A DNA stretch of 24,822 bases from Pedosphaera sp. (GTDB lineage Bacteria > Verrucomicrobiota > Verrucomicrobiia > Limisphaerales > SIBH01), in contig JANOQV010000061.1 in the NCBI GenBank assembly GCA_031414955.1, positions 1 through 24,822 of the forward strand, in the 5' to 3' direction. The translations under genes were made by a program, and so were the position numbers. The notes under the pieces are model-generated. The model did not search any database. It was not told where the DNA came from and saw only the letters and a list, made by a program, of their open reading frames with translations. Every line of letters starts with the position of its first letter. Position 1 is the stretch's first letter. Shown here in pieces: positions 1 to 6,828 of this stretch.

Positions 1-1
1 T

Positions 2-101
2 GGATCGCGGCCTTCAGGCCGCTTCAGCGTCCAAGCGGGCGATGACGGATCGATTGACCAGCGGGCTTACGAACGGTGAAGCGGCGTAAACGCCGCGCTC
101 C
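2..101. repeat. REP-like inverted doublet (GGAG-type)
   Basis: Arms 2-26 GGATCGCGGCCTTCAGGCCGCTTCA and 77-101 TGAAGCGGCGTAAACGCCGCGCTCC are inverted copies (21/25); each has an internal hairpin with a compensatory C-G/G-C swap. Confidence 0.75.
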
Positions 102-125
102 GCACTGGTTGGCAAACAAGAACAG

Positions 126-140
126 TGTCAAGATGCACCC
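126..140. mobile_element. Probable right end of a MITE-like element whose left end lies outside the window
   Basis: TGTCAAGATGCACCC resembles the end motif of the adjacent 150-339 element; the REP doublet 2-101 lies just upstream. Confidence 0.35.
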
Positions 141-149
141 GCAGGGCAG

Positions 150-339
150 GGGTGCATCTAGACCTTGTTCTTCGTGACAAGCCTGTCCCCCGAAGAACGG
201 GCAGGGCGACGCTGTCCTCAGCGCGCCGGAGTGAGGCGTGGGTCGAGCGGGAACGCTCCTCCGTGGCGTGGCCCGGCGCGCTGCGGACAGCGCCGCCCCC
301 AGCTTGGACGGCCGACCAGAACCGGGTCGAGATGCGCCC
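150..339. mobile_element. MITE-like element (15-bp imperfect TIR) carrying a REP-like doublet
   Basis: GGGTGCATCTAGACC (150-164) and GGTCGAGATGCGCCC (325-339) are inverted (13/15); inner arms 204-229 and 273-298 are inverted (24/26); no credible coding capacity. Confidence 0.55.
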
Positions 340-388
340 GCTTCAGAATCTCGGGAACTTCCTGCGCCCGGCCGGCGCCATGTCCGCC

Positions 389-1027
389 TTACTTCAGTGC
401 CTTCTTATTCAGAAACGCCCCCAATTCCTTGCCCGTCTTGGCATAGCCCTCTTGCAGCCGGTAGCTCGCATCGAAATCGTAACCCATGGCGTCGCGGCCC
501 GGAGCCTTGAGGATGGTGATCACCGCCAGCGGTTTGCTGCGATCCTTGGTCGCCACCAACGTCGCCTCGGTGCTGATCTCGGCCGGCGCGCGCATCACGC
601 CCGCATTCCAGCCTGGCTCCAGATTCGTCGTCTTCAACACCAGGGTGAAATTGGCTTCCGGGTTCTGACCCGCCTTGAGGCCCGACTTCTCCCACTGCTT
701 GTTCAGCAAATCCTCGAACTTGGGTTGAAAACGCTTCGTCCGGGCTCCCTTCCAAGAGGCCAGCCATTTGTCACCCGCGCCGGCTTCCTTCTTGTTCGCC
801 TCCGCCATCCGCTTGTCCATGTAGGCTTGCTCGGTGTCCTTGCCCACCGTCAGACCGTCATAGACGTATTCCAAGTTGAGCGTTTTCTCGCCCTTCAAGA
901 AACCCAGCGCCCCGGACTTGAGCTTGAGCGATTGCGCCAGCAGCGGCGTGGCGGTGAGCGTGATCAGGCCGGCGAGGCAAAGAAGTGTTTTCAGTTTTTG
1001 CGTTCCTAAAGTTCTGGAGATATTCAT
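389..1027 (-). CDS. Secreted hypothetical protein
   Basis: 212 aa ORF, signal peptide (LKTLLCLAGLITLTATPLLA-QS), Lys-rich natural composition, GC3-rich codons. Confidence 0.8.
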   Translation of the reverse strand: MNISRTLGTQKLKTLLCLAGLITLTATPLLAQSLKLKSGALGFLKGEKTLNLEYVYDGLTVGKDTEQAYMDKRMAEANKKEAGAGDKWLASWKGARTKRFQPKFEDLLNKQWEKSGLKAGQNPEANFTLVLKTTNLEPGWNAGVMRAPAEISTEATLVATKDRSKPLAVITILKAPGRDAMGYDFDASYRLQEGYAKTGKELGAFLNKKALK

Positions 1028-1126
1028 CTCGCCAAAAGGCCAGCCGCCCCGCCATTAGTCAAAACAATTCCCGCGCGCGCGCGCTTCCCGTTGACGCCAG
1101 CCTCTGGCCGAATCAGCATCATTTCC

Positions 1127-2212
1127 ATGACCCTCCTTACGAATCGTGAAACGTCCCGCCCCCCGGGCGCTGGCCCTGCGCTCTGGCTGGCCGCCGGATT
1201 TCTGATCTGCGGCCTTTCCCCGCTGGCCGCGCAGTGGACCAACGTCACCGGGAACCTGGCCAACCTGCCCTCGGAGTGCGGCAACCTGTGTCTGCTCTCC
1301 GTCGTGCCCGGCCAGGACAAGCTTTTTGCCGGCATCGCCCAGCGTGGGATTTGGCAGACCACCGACGGTGGGACGACCTGGACTCCGCTGGGGCAGGGTG
1401 CCGGCTCCGAGGTCATCGTCAACCGGCCTTCGCGGATTCTGTATGACCCTACGAGCGCGGACACCTTTTGGGAGAGCGGCATCTACAACAGTTCCGGCCT
1501 GTATCACACCACCAATGCCGGCCAGACCTTCCAACACCTCGGCCGCGCCCGGCATAACGACTTCGTGAGCGTGGACTTCTCCGACCCGCAGCGCCGCACC
1601 CTGCTCGCGGGTGGACACGAGCAATCCCGCATGGTGTGGAAATCCGGCGATGGCGGACAAACCTGGACGAACATCGGGTTGAACCTGCCCCAGGGCTCGA
1701 AGTTCTCCACCCACCCGCTGCTCATCAATGCCGTCACTTATCTGGTCAACACTTCCGGCTGGGGCCAAGGCACCGGCGGAGTCTTTCGCACCACCAACGG
1801 CGGCACGACTTGGACGCTGGTCAGCGCCCGGGAAGCGAGCGGTGTGCCCTTGCGCGCCTCCGATGGTTCGATCTACTGGAGCCTCATGTCCGATCGCGGA
1901 CTCCTGCGCAGCACGGACCTGGGCCAGACCTGGACGCAGGTCTGTAGCAATGGAGTCATCCAAGGCGCGCACGTCATTGAATTGCCCGATGGAAAACTCG
2001 CCGCCCTCGGGGGCAAGCGGGTGAAGATCTCGTCCGACCACGGCGCGAGTTGGACATCCGTAACGCTGCCCGCGCCCGTTCCGCCCGCCGGTTTGGTCTA
2101 CGCCCCCGCGCGCCAGGCCTTCTTCATCTGGAACTGGGACTGCGGCAATCAAGTACTCACCAACGCCATCTGGCGGCACGACTATCGCGTCGAGGCGAAA
2201 CCGGCCCGATAA
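1127..2212 (+). CDS. Secreted BNR/Asp-box repeat beta-propeller protein
   Basis: Repeated Asp-box motifs TTDGGTTW, TTNAGQTF, SGDGGQTW, TTNGGTTW, STDLGQTW, SSDHGASW; N-terminal signal peptide; start set at ATG 1127. Confidence 0.85.
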   Translation: MTLLTNRETSRPPGAGPALWLAAGFLICGLSPLAAQWTNVTGNLANLPSECGNLCLLSVVPGQDKLFAGIAQRGIWQTTDGGTTWTPLGQGAGSEVIVNRPSRILYDPTSADTFWESGIYNSSGLYHTTNAGQTFQHLGRARHNDFVSVDFSDPQRRTLLAGGHEQSRMVWKSGDGGQTWTNIGLNLPQGSKFSTHPLLINAVTYLVNTSGWGQGTGGVFRTTNGGTTWTLVSAREASGVPLRASDGSIYWSLMSDRGLLRSTDLGQTWTQVCSNGVIQGAHVIELPDGKLAALGGKRVKISSDHGASWTSVTLPAPVPPAGLVYAPARQAFFIWNWDCGNQVLTNAIWRHDYRVEAKPAR

Positions 2213-2276
2213 GCGGACCCGAGCCAGGCCAACAGGGCAGGGCAGGCGCACCTCGGTGCGGTGAGAGCCTGCGGGG

Positions 2277-2446
2277 GGAAAACACCAAGCGCCAGAAAAG
2301 CTCCAAACCCCAAACCCCAGAGAAGCTCCAAACCCCAAGAAACAAGCGGCGGTCGGCTCCGACCGCGCCGTTCGCCTCGAAGCTTCGGGGCCAGTTTGAG
2401 GTTTGGAGCTTGGAGTTTGGGGTTTGGGGTTTGGGGTTTGGTTTCC
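2277..2446. repeat. Inverted heptamer-repeat element (AAACCCC/AAGCTCC units facing GGTTTGG/AGCTTGG units)
   Basis: Heptamer tracts at about 2281-2338 and 2393-2441 in opposite orientation; central hairpin GCGGTCGG-CT-CCGACCGC (2349-2366). Confidence 0.75.
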
Positions 2447-2479
2447 AGTCGTCTGCCCTGGCCGACCTGGGGAATCGGA

Positions 2480-2507
2480 TTGACTGACACCCGTGCTGCG
2501 GCACACT
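2480..2507 (+). promoter_or_regulatory. Possible sigma70-type promoter
   Basis: TTGACT-N16-CACACT, 23 nt upstream of ATG 2531. Confidence 0.3.
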
Positions 2508-2530
2508 GCCACCGGAACCCAACGAAAAAT

Positions 2531-2785
2531 ATGCGCAACCCGCTACTTAGTCGGCAGATGGTTTTTGAAACCGTCCTGGTTTTAGTTCTCCTCACCAGTC
2601 TCGCCATCGGGCTTACCTCCCTGGAAGGCTTTTTGGAAGCCCGCCGGCAGCAACTTTGGCTGTGCCAGGTCGTGCAAGTGCTTTCCATGTATTCGTTCTT
2701 TGTGGCAGCCGTGATTTTTTGCGCCACGCTGACCATGGTTGGAATCAAGTTTTTCAAGAACATGGGAAGCCATGATGCCGCCTGA
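2531..2785 (+). CDS. Small membrane protein (2 TM)
   Basis: 84 aa from ATG 2531, two hydrophobic stretches; the longer ORF call runs through the heptamer repeat. Confidence 0.5.
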   Translation: MRNPLLSRQMVFETVLVLVLLTSLAIGLTSLEGFLEARRQQLWLCQVVQVLSMYSFFVAAVIFCATLTMVGIKFFKNMGSHDAA

Positions 2786-3296
2786 ACCCACCCGCCATGA
2801 TTTGCGCCCGGCCCTACCGCCGCACCGTTTGGTCTGGCTGTTTGGAGCGGCCGTCGCGCCGGTTTTCGCGATTCCCTGGATCGTGGCCGAACTGCAAGGC
2901 CGACATTTCAGCAATGCCTCGCTCCTCCTCATGCTCCTCCAAGGCCTGGCGGTGACACTCCTCCTGGCCTGGCTCTGTCAACGCTGGCCCGGCTTCTTGA
3001 CCAATTGGCTCCGCGAGCAGCAGCCGCCCGGCACAGGGAAAAAGCCGGCGGCGGTCGCGGGTGGCATCGTCCTGGCCTGCGTGGCCAACAGCTTCTTCTC
3101 CGCCTACGGACTCATCGGCCTCCCCGACGCGCCCGTGGCCAATAGCAGCGGGATATTCAAGTTGCTGCTGGTGGTCGGAATCCTCTGGCTCCTGGGTGCC
3201 TTCGCGTTTGTCCTGGGCATTACCGCCGCCATGATCAAATCAAATGCAGCCATGCAGCAAAGCCCTGCGGGTGATGGCCTGAACGATGTGACCTAA
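2772..3296 (+). CDS. Hypothetical integral membrane protein (about 4 TM)
   Basis: Four hydrophobic segments; overlaps the upstream stop by 14 nt, suggesting an operon. Confidence 0.65.
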   Translation: MMPPEPTRHDLRPALPPHRLVWLFGAAVAPVFAIPWIVAELQGRHFSNASLLLMLLQGLAVTLLLAWLCQRWPGFLTNWLREQQPPGTGKKPAAVAGGIVLACVANSFFSAYGLIGLPDAPVANSSGIFKLLLVVGILWLLGAFAFVLGITAAMIKSNAAMQQSPAGDGLNDVT

Positions 3297-3308
3297 TGGG
3301 TCGCGCCC

Positions 3309-3334
3309 GGGCAGAACTGCCGGTCTGCCCTACC
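3309..3334 (-). repeat. Single GTAG-type REP-like hairpin
   Basis: Minus strand GGTAGGGCAGACCGGCAGTTCTGCCC: GTAG foot plus GGGCAGA/TCTGCCC stem. Confidence 0.55.
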
Positions 3335-3500
3335 AAGGCAGCGCTGTGCTGCGGGGCAGCCTTCCCCCCTCACTTGTCTTGATGATCAGCACCATGTCGC
3401 AGTAGGGCGGGAAGCTCGAGGCCGGATCACTCGTGTAAGCGCCGGGCGGAAACACCGCCACATCCGCGCCCTGCTGGGCGGTGCCGTCGTTGATGTTTAA
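3330..3500 (-). pseudogene. 3-prime gene remnant of unknown family
   Basis: GC3-rich codon run NINDGTAQQGADVAVFPPGAYTSDPASSFPPYCDMVLIIK without a credible start; the upstream part of the ORF is the inverted repeat. Confidence 0.35.
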
Positions 3501-3550
3501 CGGAGAGGTCAAAGCATCCTCGGTGGCTGAACGGCTCGGCGTCTCCAAGC

Positions 3551-3588
3551 ATTGTCGATTGTTAGAACCCCTTTCCGACCCCTTTCCG
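3551..3588. repeat. Left 38-bp inverted repeat (partner 4798-4835), extending into an 11-bp tandem repeat
   Basis: ATTGTCGATTGTTAGAACCCCTTTCCGACCCCTTTCCG matches the reverse complement of 4798-4835 at 35/38, outer 21 bp exact; ACCCCTTTCCG unit about 3 times to 3598. Confidence 0.9.
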
Positions 3589-3608
3589 ACCCCTTTCCCT
3601 TCCTTTCT

Positions 3609-3629
3609 GCCGACCTCGGCCAGCGACAA
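3609..3629 (+). repeat. 21-bp direct repeat, copy 1 (copy 2 at 4774-4794)
   Basis: GCCGACCTCGGCCAGCGACAA vs GCCGGCCTCGGCCAGCGGCAA, 19/21. Confidence 0.75.
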
Positions 3630-3633
3630 AACC

Positions 3634-3674
3634 AAAAAACAAGCCGCGAGGCCTGGGGGGCGCTCGCGGCTTGT
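3634..3674 (-). terminator. Intrinsic terminator of the 3696-4514 gene
   Basis: Perfect 12-bp stem ACAAGCCGCGAG (3639-3650) / CTCGCGGCTTGT (3663-3674) followed by a T6 tract on the minus strand, 21 nt after the stop. Confidence 0.8.
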
Positions 3675-3695
3675 GCGTTACTATCGAAAAGGCTT

Positions 3696-4514
3696 CTAGT
3701 TATTGCAGCTTGTCTGGTGGATTTGCAGGTTACCAGTGCTGATGATCGCCGGGTTGGCCGCGCTGGCTCCGATCTGCAACACGGTGCCGCCGCCGTTGGA
3801 GACCTTGATGAAAAGCAGATCGGCACCAGCGCCGCCTTCCTTGTTGTCCACGGCACGGCCGACAAAGGTAACCGGGATTTTGACACTTCCATCGCCGCCA
3901 TTGGGCATAATCACTCCTTCTCCATGGAAGTCGATGACGTTGACCGTGACCTTCGGGGAACTGGTGGGGACGCCCGAGCAGGCGTCAACGATGATCTTCT
4001 GGCCCAGAAAATGGAGGCCAGAGGAGTGATCCACGACGTTCCAGTTTCCGCCGTCCGCGGCTTTCGGGCTGCATCCGGGATAAACGACTCCGCCAAAGGT
4101 GAAGTTCGGCGTGCCCTTGCTCTTGTCCACGGTGCCACCGCCGGTCAGCCAGCAGGGTCCCGGAGGAGGCGGGGTGGAACAGAAAACACCGCCGAGATCA
4201 AACTCGACCACGGGAGGTGCGTCGCTGATGACTTTGATTCTTTTGCAGGCTGGGGACAAGGTGGCCCCGGCCGGGAGGGTGCCGGTATCGACGCAGACGT
4301 TGTAGGTGTCGAAGCCTGGCACCGGTATTTCCACGATCCCGAGGTTATCGGTGACGCCGCAATAGCTGCCATTCGGGCTGGTCGCGCACACTGCGATGCC
4401 CGCAGCGGTCCTGTCGGTGGGACAGGCGACTCGAACTGTGAGAACGCAAGCATCGGCCATGACGGCGGAAAGGCCGAAGGCGAGCATGCCGTAGAGGTTG
4501 GATTTGATACTCAT
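3696..4514 (-). CDS. Secreted Cys-rich two-domain protein; C-terminus resembles a post-COAP-1-like domain
   Basis: Signal peptide, beta-rich N-domain with several Cys, PPPP linker, C-domain motifs WLTGGG, FTFGG, DH..HF, D.KEGGAGAD, GNLQIH; domain name from recall. Confidence 0.8.
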   Translation of the reverse strand: MSIKSNLYGMLAFGLSAVMADACVLTVRVACPTDRTAAGIAVCATSPNGSYCGVTDNLGIVEIPVPGFDTYNVCVDTGTLPAGATLSPACKRIKVISDAPPVVEFDLGGVFCSTPPPPGPCWLTGGGTVDKSKGTPNFTFGGVVYPGCSPKAADGGNWNVVDHSSGLHFLGQKIIVDACSGVPTSSPKVTVNVIDFHGEGVIMPNGGDGSVKIPVTFVGRAVDNKEGGAGADLLFIKVSNGGGTVLQIGASAANPAIISTGNLQIHQTSCNN

Positions 4515-4693
4515 AACTGTTTTTGGATCTTTGGCTACGCTTACTGTGAGCTTAAAGGAGCGCCCGCCAAATGACGGGCTGCACGGTAAGTTGCGGCTGT
4601 AAGTCTCATTATCTGGCAGGGGAATTTCAACAGGAATTTTCCCGGAAAATCGGTGCGTAAAGTTACGATACGGTGGTCAGGGAGTTACGGTGC

Positions 4694-4794
4694 ATCCGCG
4701 CGTCTGCGCCGGAACTCGACAAGGTGATCGCCCATCTCGAACTGCTGCCCTTGTCCCCCAAGCGAGCAAGAACGCCGGCCTCGGCCAGCGGCAA
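4694..4794 (+). pseudogene. Short frameshifted gene fragment, possibly HNH-like
   Basis: Reads APELDKVIAHLELLPL then, in another frame, SKNAGLGQRQ; no start or natural end. Confidence 0.25.
4774..4794 (+). repeat. 21-bp direct repeat, copy 2
   Basis: 19/21 identical to 3609-3629; 3 nt inside the right inverted repeat. Confidence 0.75.
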
Positions 4795-4797
4795 GAA

Positions 4798-4835
4798 CGG
4801 AACGGGGTCAGAACGGGGTTCTAACAATCGACAAT
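4798..4835. repeat. Right 38-bp inverted repeat (partner 3551-3588)
   Basis: CGGAACGGGGTCAGAACGGGGTTCTAACAATCGACAAT. Confidence 0.9.
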
Positions 4836-5032
4836 CCGACGGTTGCGTTCTGCGCTGCGATGTTCGGTGGGTCGAGGTAAATCAAATCCACGCCGGCGTC
4901 GGGCAGCTTGCGCAGTTGTTCCAGATGGTCGCCGCAATAGACGACGCGGGTGTCGAGCGCCTGGGAGGGCTTGGCGCTGCGAAGCGCGGCCAGAGTTTTC
5001 GCCGGTGCGTCCCCGGCCTGCTTGCGTGCCAT
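4808..5032 (-). pseudogene. Truncated N6-adenine/N4-cytosine DNA methyltransferase (beta-class N-terminus)
   Basis: DTRVVYCGDHLEQLRKLPDAGVDLIYLDPP is a typical N-terminus ending at catalytic motif IV; similarity stops at DPP (4865) and the frame ends inside the inverted repeat. Confidence 0.8.
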
Positions 5033-5081
5033 GCGTGGAGGGGCAGGCAGGAAGTTCAAGCGCGGTCCCGCTCGTCCACAA

Positions 5082-6065
5082 TTAATTCACCCCGCCCGCA
5101 TAAATGCGCTCGACGACTTGCAGCACGGCGCGGGCTTCCTTCAATCCCGGCACGGGCGGGCGCTGGAGGCGGATGTCCTCGAAGAATTCCTGCATCTCGA
5201 TCTTCCACGACTCGTCGCCACGCGGAAATTCCCAGACGGTCGTCTCGGGCGGGCCCATCTGCGGGAGCATCTTGTAGTAAGTCAGCTTCTCCAGGCCGTA
5301 GCTGCCGCCCAGTCCTTCCATGTGCAGCTTGCCGTCGCGCCCGTAGATTTCGAGCGAGAACATGTTCTTCCACTCGGTGCAGCTCGCGTGCAGCCACGCG
5401 GTCTGGCCTGCGGCGTTGCGCAGGCTGAGGAAGGCGTTGTCATCCACCGGCATCTTCCAGAAGTAAGTCGCGACGTGGCCGTCCACCTGGGTGAACTCGC
5501 CGAGGAAAATGCCCGCGAGGTCGATGAGGTGGACGCCCTGATCAATGAGTTCGCCGCCGCCGGAGAGCTTCGGGTCGGCGCGCCATTCCTGATCGTAGCC
5601 GATGCGCCCGCCTTGGCCATAGCGCGCGCGCAGGAACATCATCGGCCCGAGCGCGCCGCTGGCGAAAATCTCGCGGGCCTTGAGCAAGGCCGGGTGGTAG
5701 CGGTGATTGTAGCCGATGCGATAGAGCGCGCCGGACTGCTGGGCGGCGGCTTCCACTGCTTCAAATTCCCGACGGTTGAGCGCGCCCGGTTTCTCGGCCA
5801 GCACATGCTTGCCCGCGCGCAATGCTTGAATGCTGAGCGGCGCGAGCGAGGCGTTGATGGTGGCGACCATCACGCAATCGACATTCGCCGACGTGACGGC
5901 CTGCTCGACCGAGTCGGTGGCTTCGCAGCCCGGACTGAGCGCGGCGAGTTTCTTCGCACGATCGAGATTCAAATCACACGCGACCGTGACCGTGCCAGGC
6001 GCAAGCAGCTTCATGCGTTTCTCGCCCACGAGACCGCAGCCGATGATGGCGACGCGGGGAGTCAT
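5082..6065 (-). CDS. Gfo/Idh/MocA family NAD(P)-dependent oxidoreductase
   Basis: Rossmann motif IIGCGLVG, GKHVLAEKP, GYNHRYHP, GGGELIDQGVHLID. Confidence 0.95.
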   Translation of the reverse strand: MTPRVAIIGCGLVGEKRMKLLAPGTVTVACDLNLDRAKKLAALSPGCEATDSVEQAVTSANVDCVMVATINASLAPLSIQALRAGKHVLAEKPGALNRREFEAVEAAAQQSGALYRIGYNHRYHPALLKAREIFASGALGPMMFLRARYGQGGRIGYDQEWRADPKLSGGGELIDQGVHLIDLAGIFLGEFTQVDGHVATYFWKMPVDDNAFLSLRNAAGQTAWLHASCTEWKNMFSLEIYGRDGKLHMEGLGGSYGLEKLTYYKMLPQMGPPETTVWEFPRGDESWKIEMQEFFEDIRLQRPPVPGLKEARAVLQVVERIYAGGVN

Positions 6066-6068
6066 GCG

Positions 6069-6096
6069 AAGGCAGAGGGCAGAATGAAGAAGGCAG
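6069..6096. repeat. Degenerate heptamer tandem repeat next to a start codon
   Basis: AAGGCAG AGGGCAG AATGAAG AAGGCAG directly upstream of the minus-strand ATG at 6065. Confidence 0.45.
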
Positions 6097-6242
6097 AAGC
6101 GAAAGACGGAGGCGCGCTCGAAGCGCAGGGCCGATGGGCGTTGGGTCGCAATGACATCGGGCTTTGATAAACGGACGGAGCCTCGGGTGCAATCTCCGCG
6201 TCAGAGTGGGGTCGATGGATAGTGTGGAGCTTTGTTCTCAGC

Positions 6243-6617
6243 TCAACATCGCACCGGAGCAACCGCGGGGGAGAGTGGCTGAGGCTGGGTGGTCCGCAGG
6301 AGCAGCGGCAGGTGGGGCGTCTGCTGCGCGGCAAACTCGGAAGGTGTGCAGCCCAGGCGGCGGCGAAATTCACGGCAGAACTGCGGCGGTTGGTGATACC
6401 CCAGGGCGTCGGCCACTTCTTTGACGACCCGCCCTTCCCGCAGCAGGGTCATGGCGTCGCACATGCGTCGCTGGGCCAGCCAGTCCCCAGGGGAGGAGTT
6501 CAATTTTGCTCTGAAATGGCGGGTCAACGTGCGACGGGTGAGGCGCAAGGCTCCGGCCAGGCGGTGGACACAATAGGTTGTGCGGCGAGCCAGTGCGATC
6601 AGGTCGTCGCTCGACAT
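6243..6617 (-). CDS. AraC/XylS-family HTH-only transcriptional regulator
   Basis: LAGALRLTRRTLTRHFRAKLNSSP and VKEVADALGYHQPPQFCREFRRRLGCTPSEF double-HTH signature; no sensor domain; start uncertain. Confidence 0.75.
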   Translation of the reverse strand: MSSDDLIALARRTTYCVHRLAGALRLTRRTLTRHFRAKLNSSPGDWLAQRRMCDAMTLLREGRVVKEVADALGYHQPPQFCREFRRRLGCTPSEFAAQQTPHLPLLLRTTQPQPLSPAVAPVRC

Positions 6618-6828
6618 CGCTTCGAGGATCGGGAGGCCAGAGGGTAGGGAATTTGTCGATGGATGCCGTCCGCCTGCGGCCCAAATCCAGCCCTCCGTGT
6701 TCCATTGCAAAAGTGCGCTCACACCGACAATACGGAGCGAACGGTTGAATCTTTCACCAGGCTTGAAAAAGACTCGGACGCTCCGCCCGGCGTGTTCTTG
6801 ACCAAGCCGACGATGGACTCCCGCTCCG

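Noticed and set aside
131..159. Hairpin AGATGCACCC-N9-GGGTGCATCT as a terminator
   Set aside because: No U-tract; the right arm also pairs with 325-339, so abutting element ends explain it better
4655..4690. AGTTACG repeated twice inside the cassette, as a recombinase or dif-like site
   Set aside because: Only 7 bp, with no convincing XerC/XerD palindrome
3551..4835. Autonomous IS element (IS-like size, terminal inverted repeats)
   Set aside because: The internal ORF is a secreted protein with no DDE or HUH motif, and the flanks (CAAGC / CCGAC) show no target duplication
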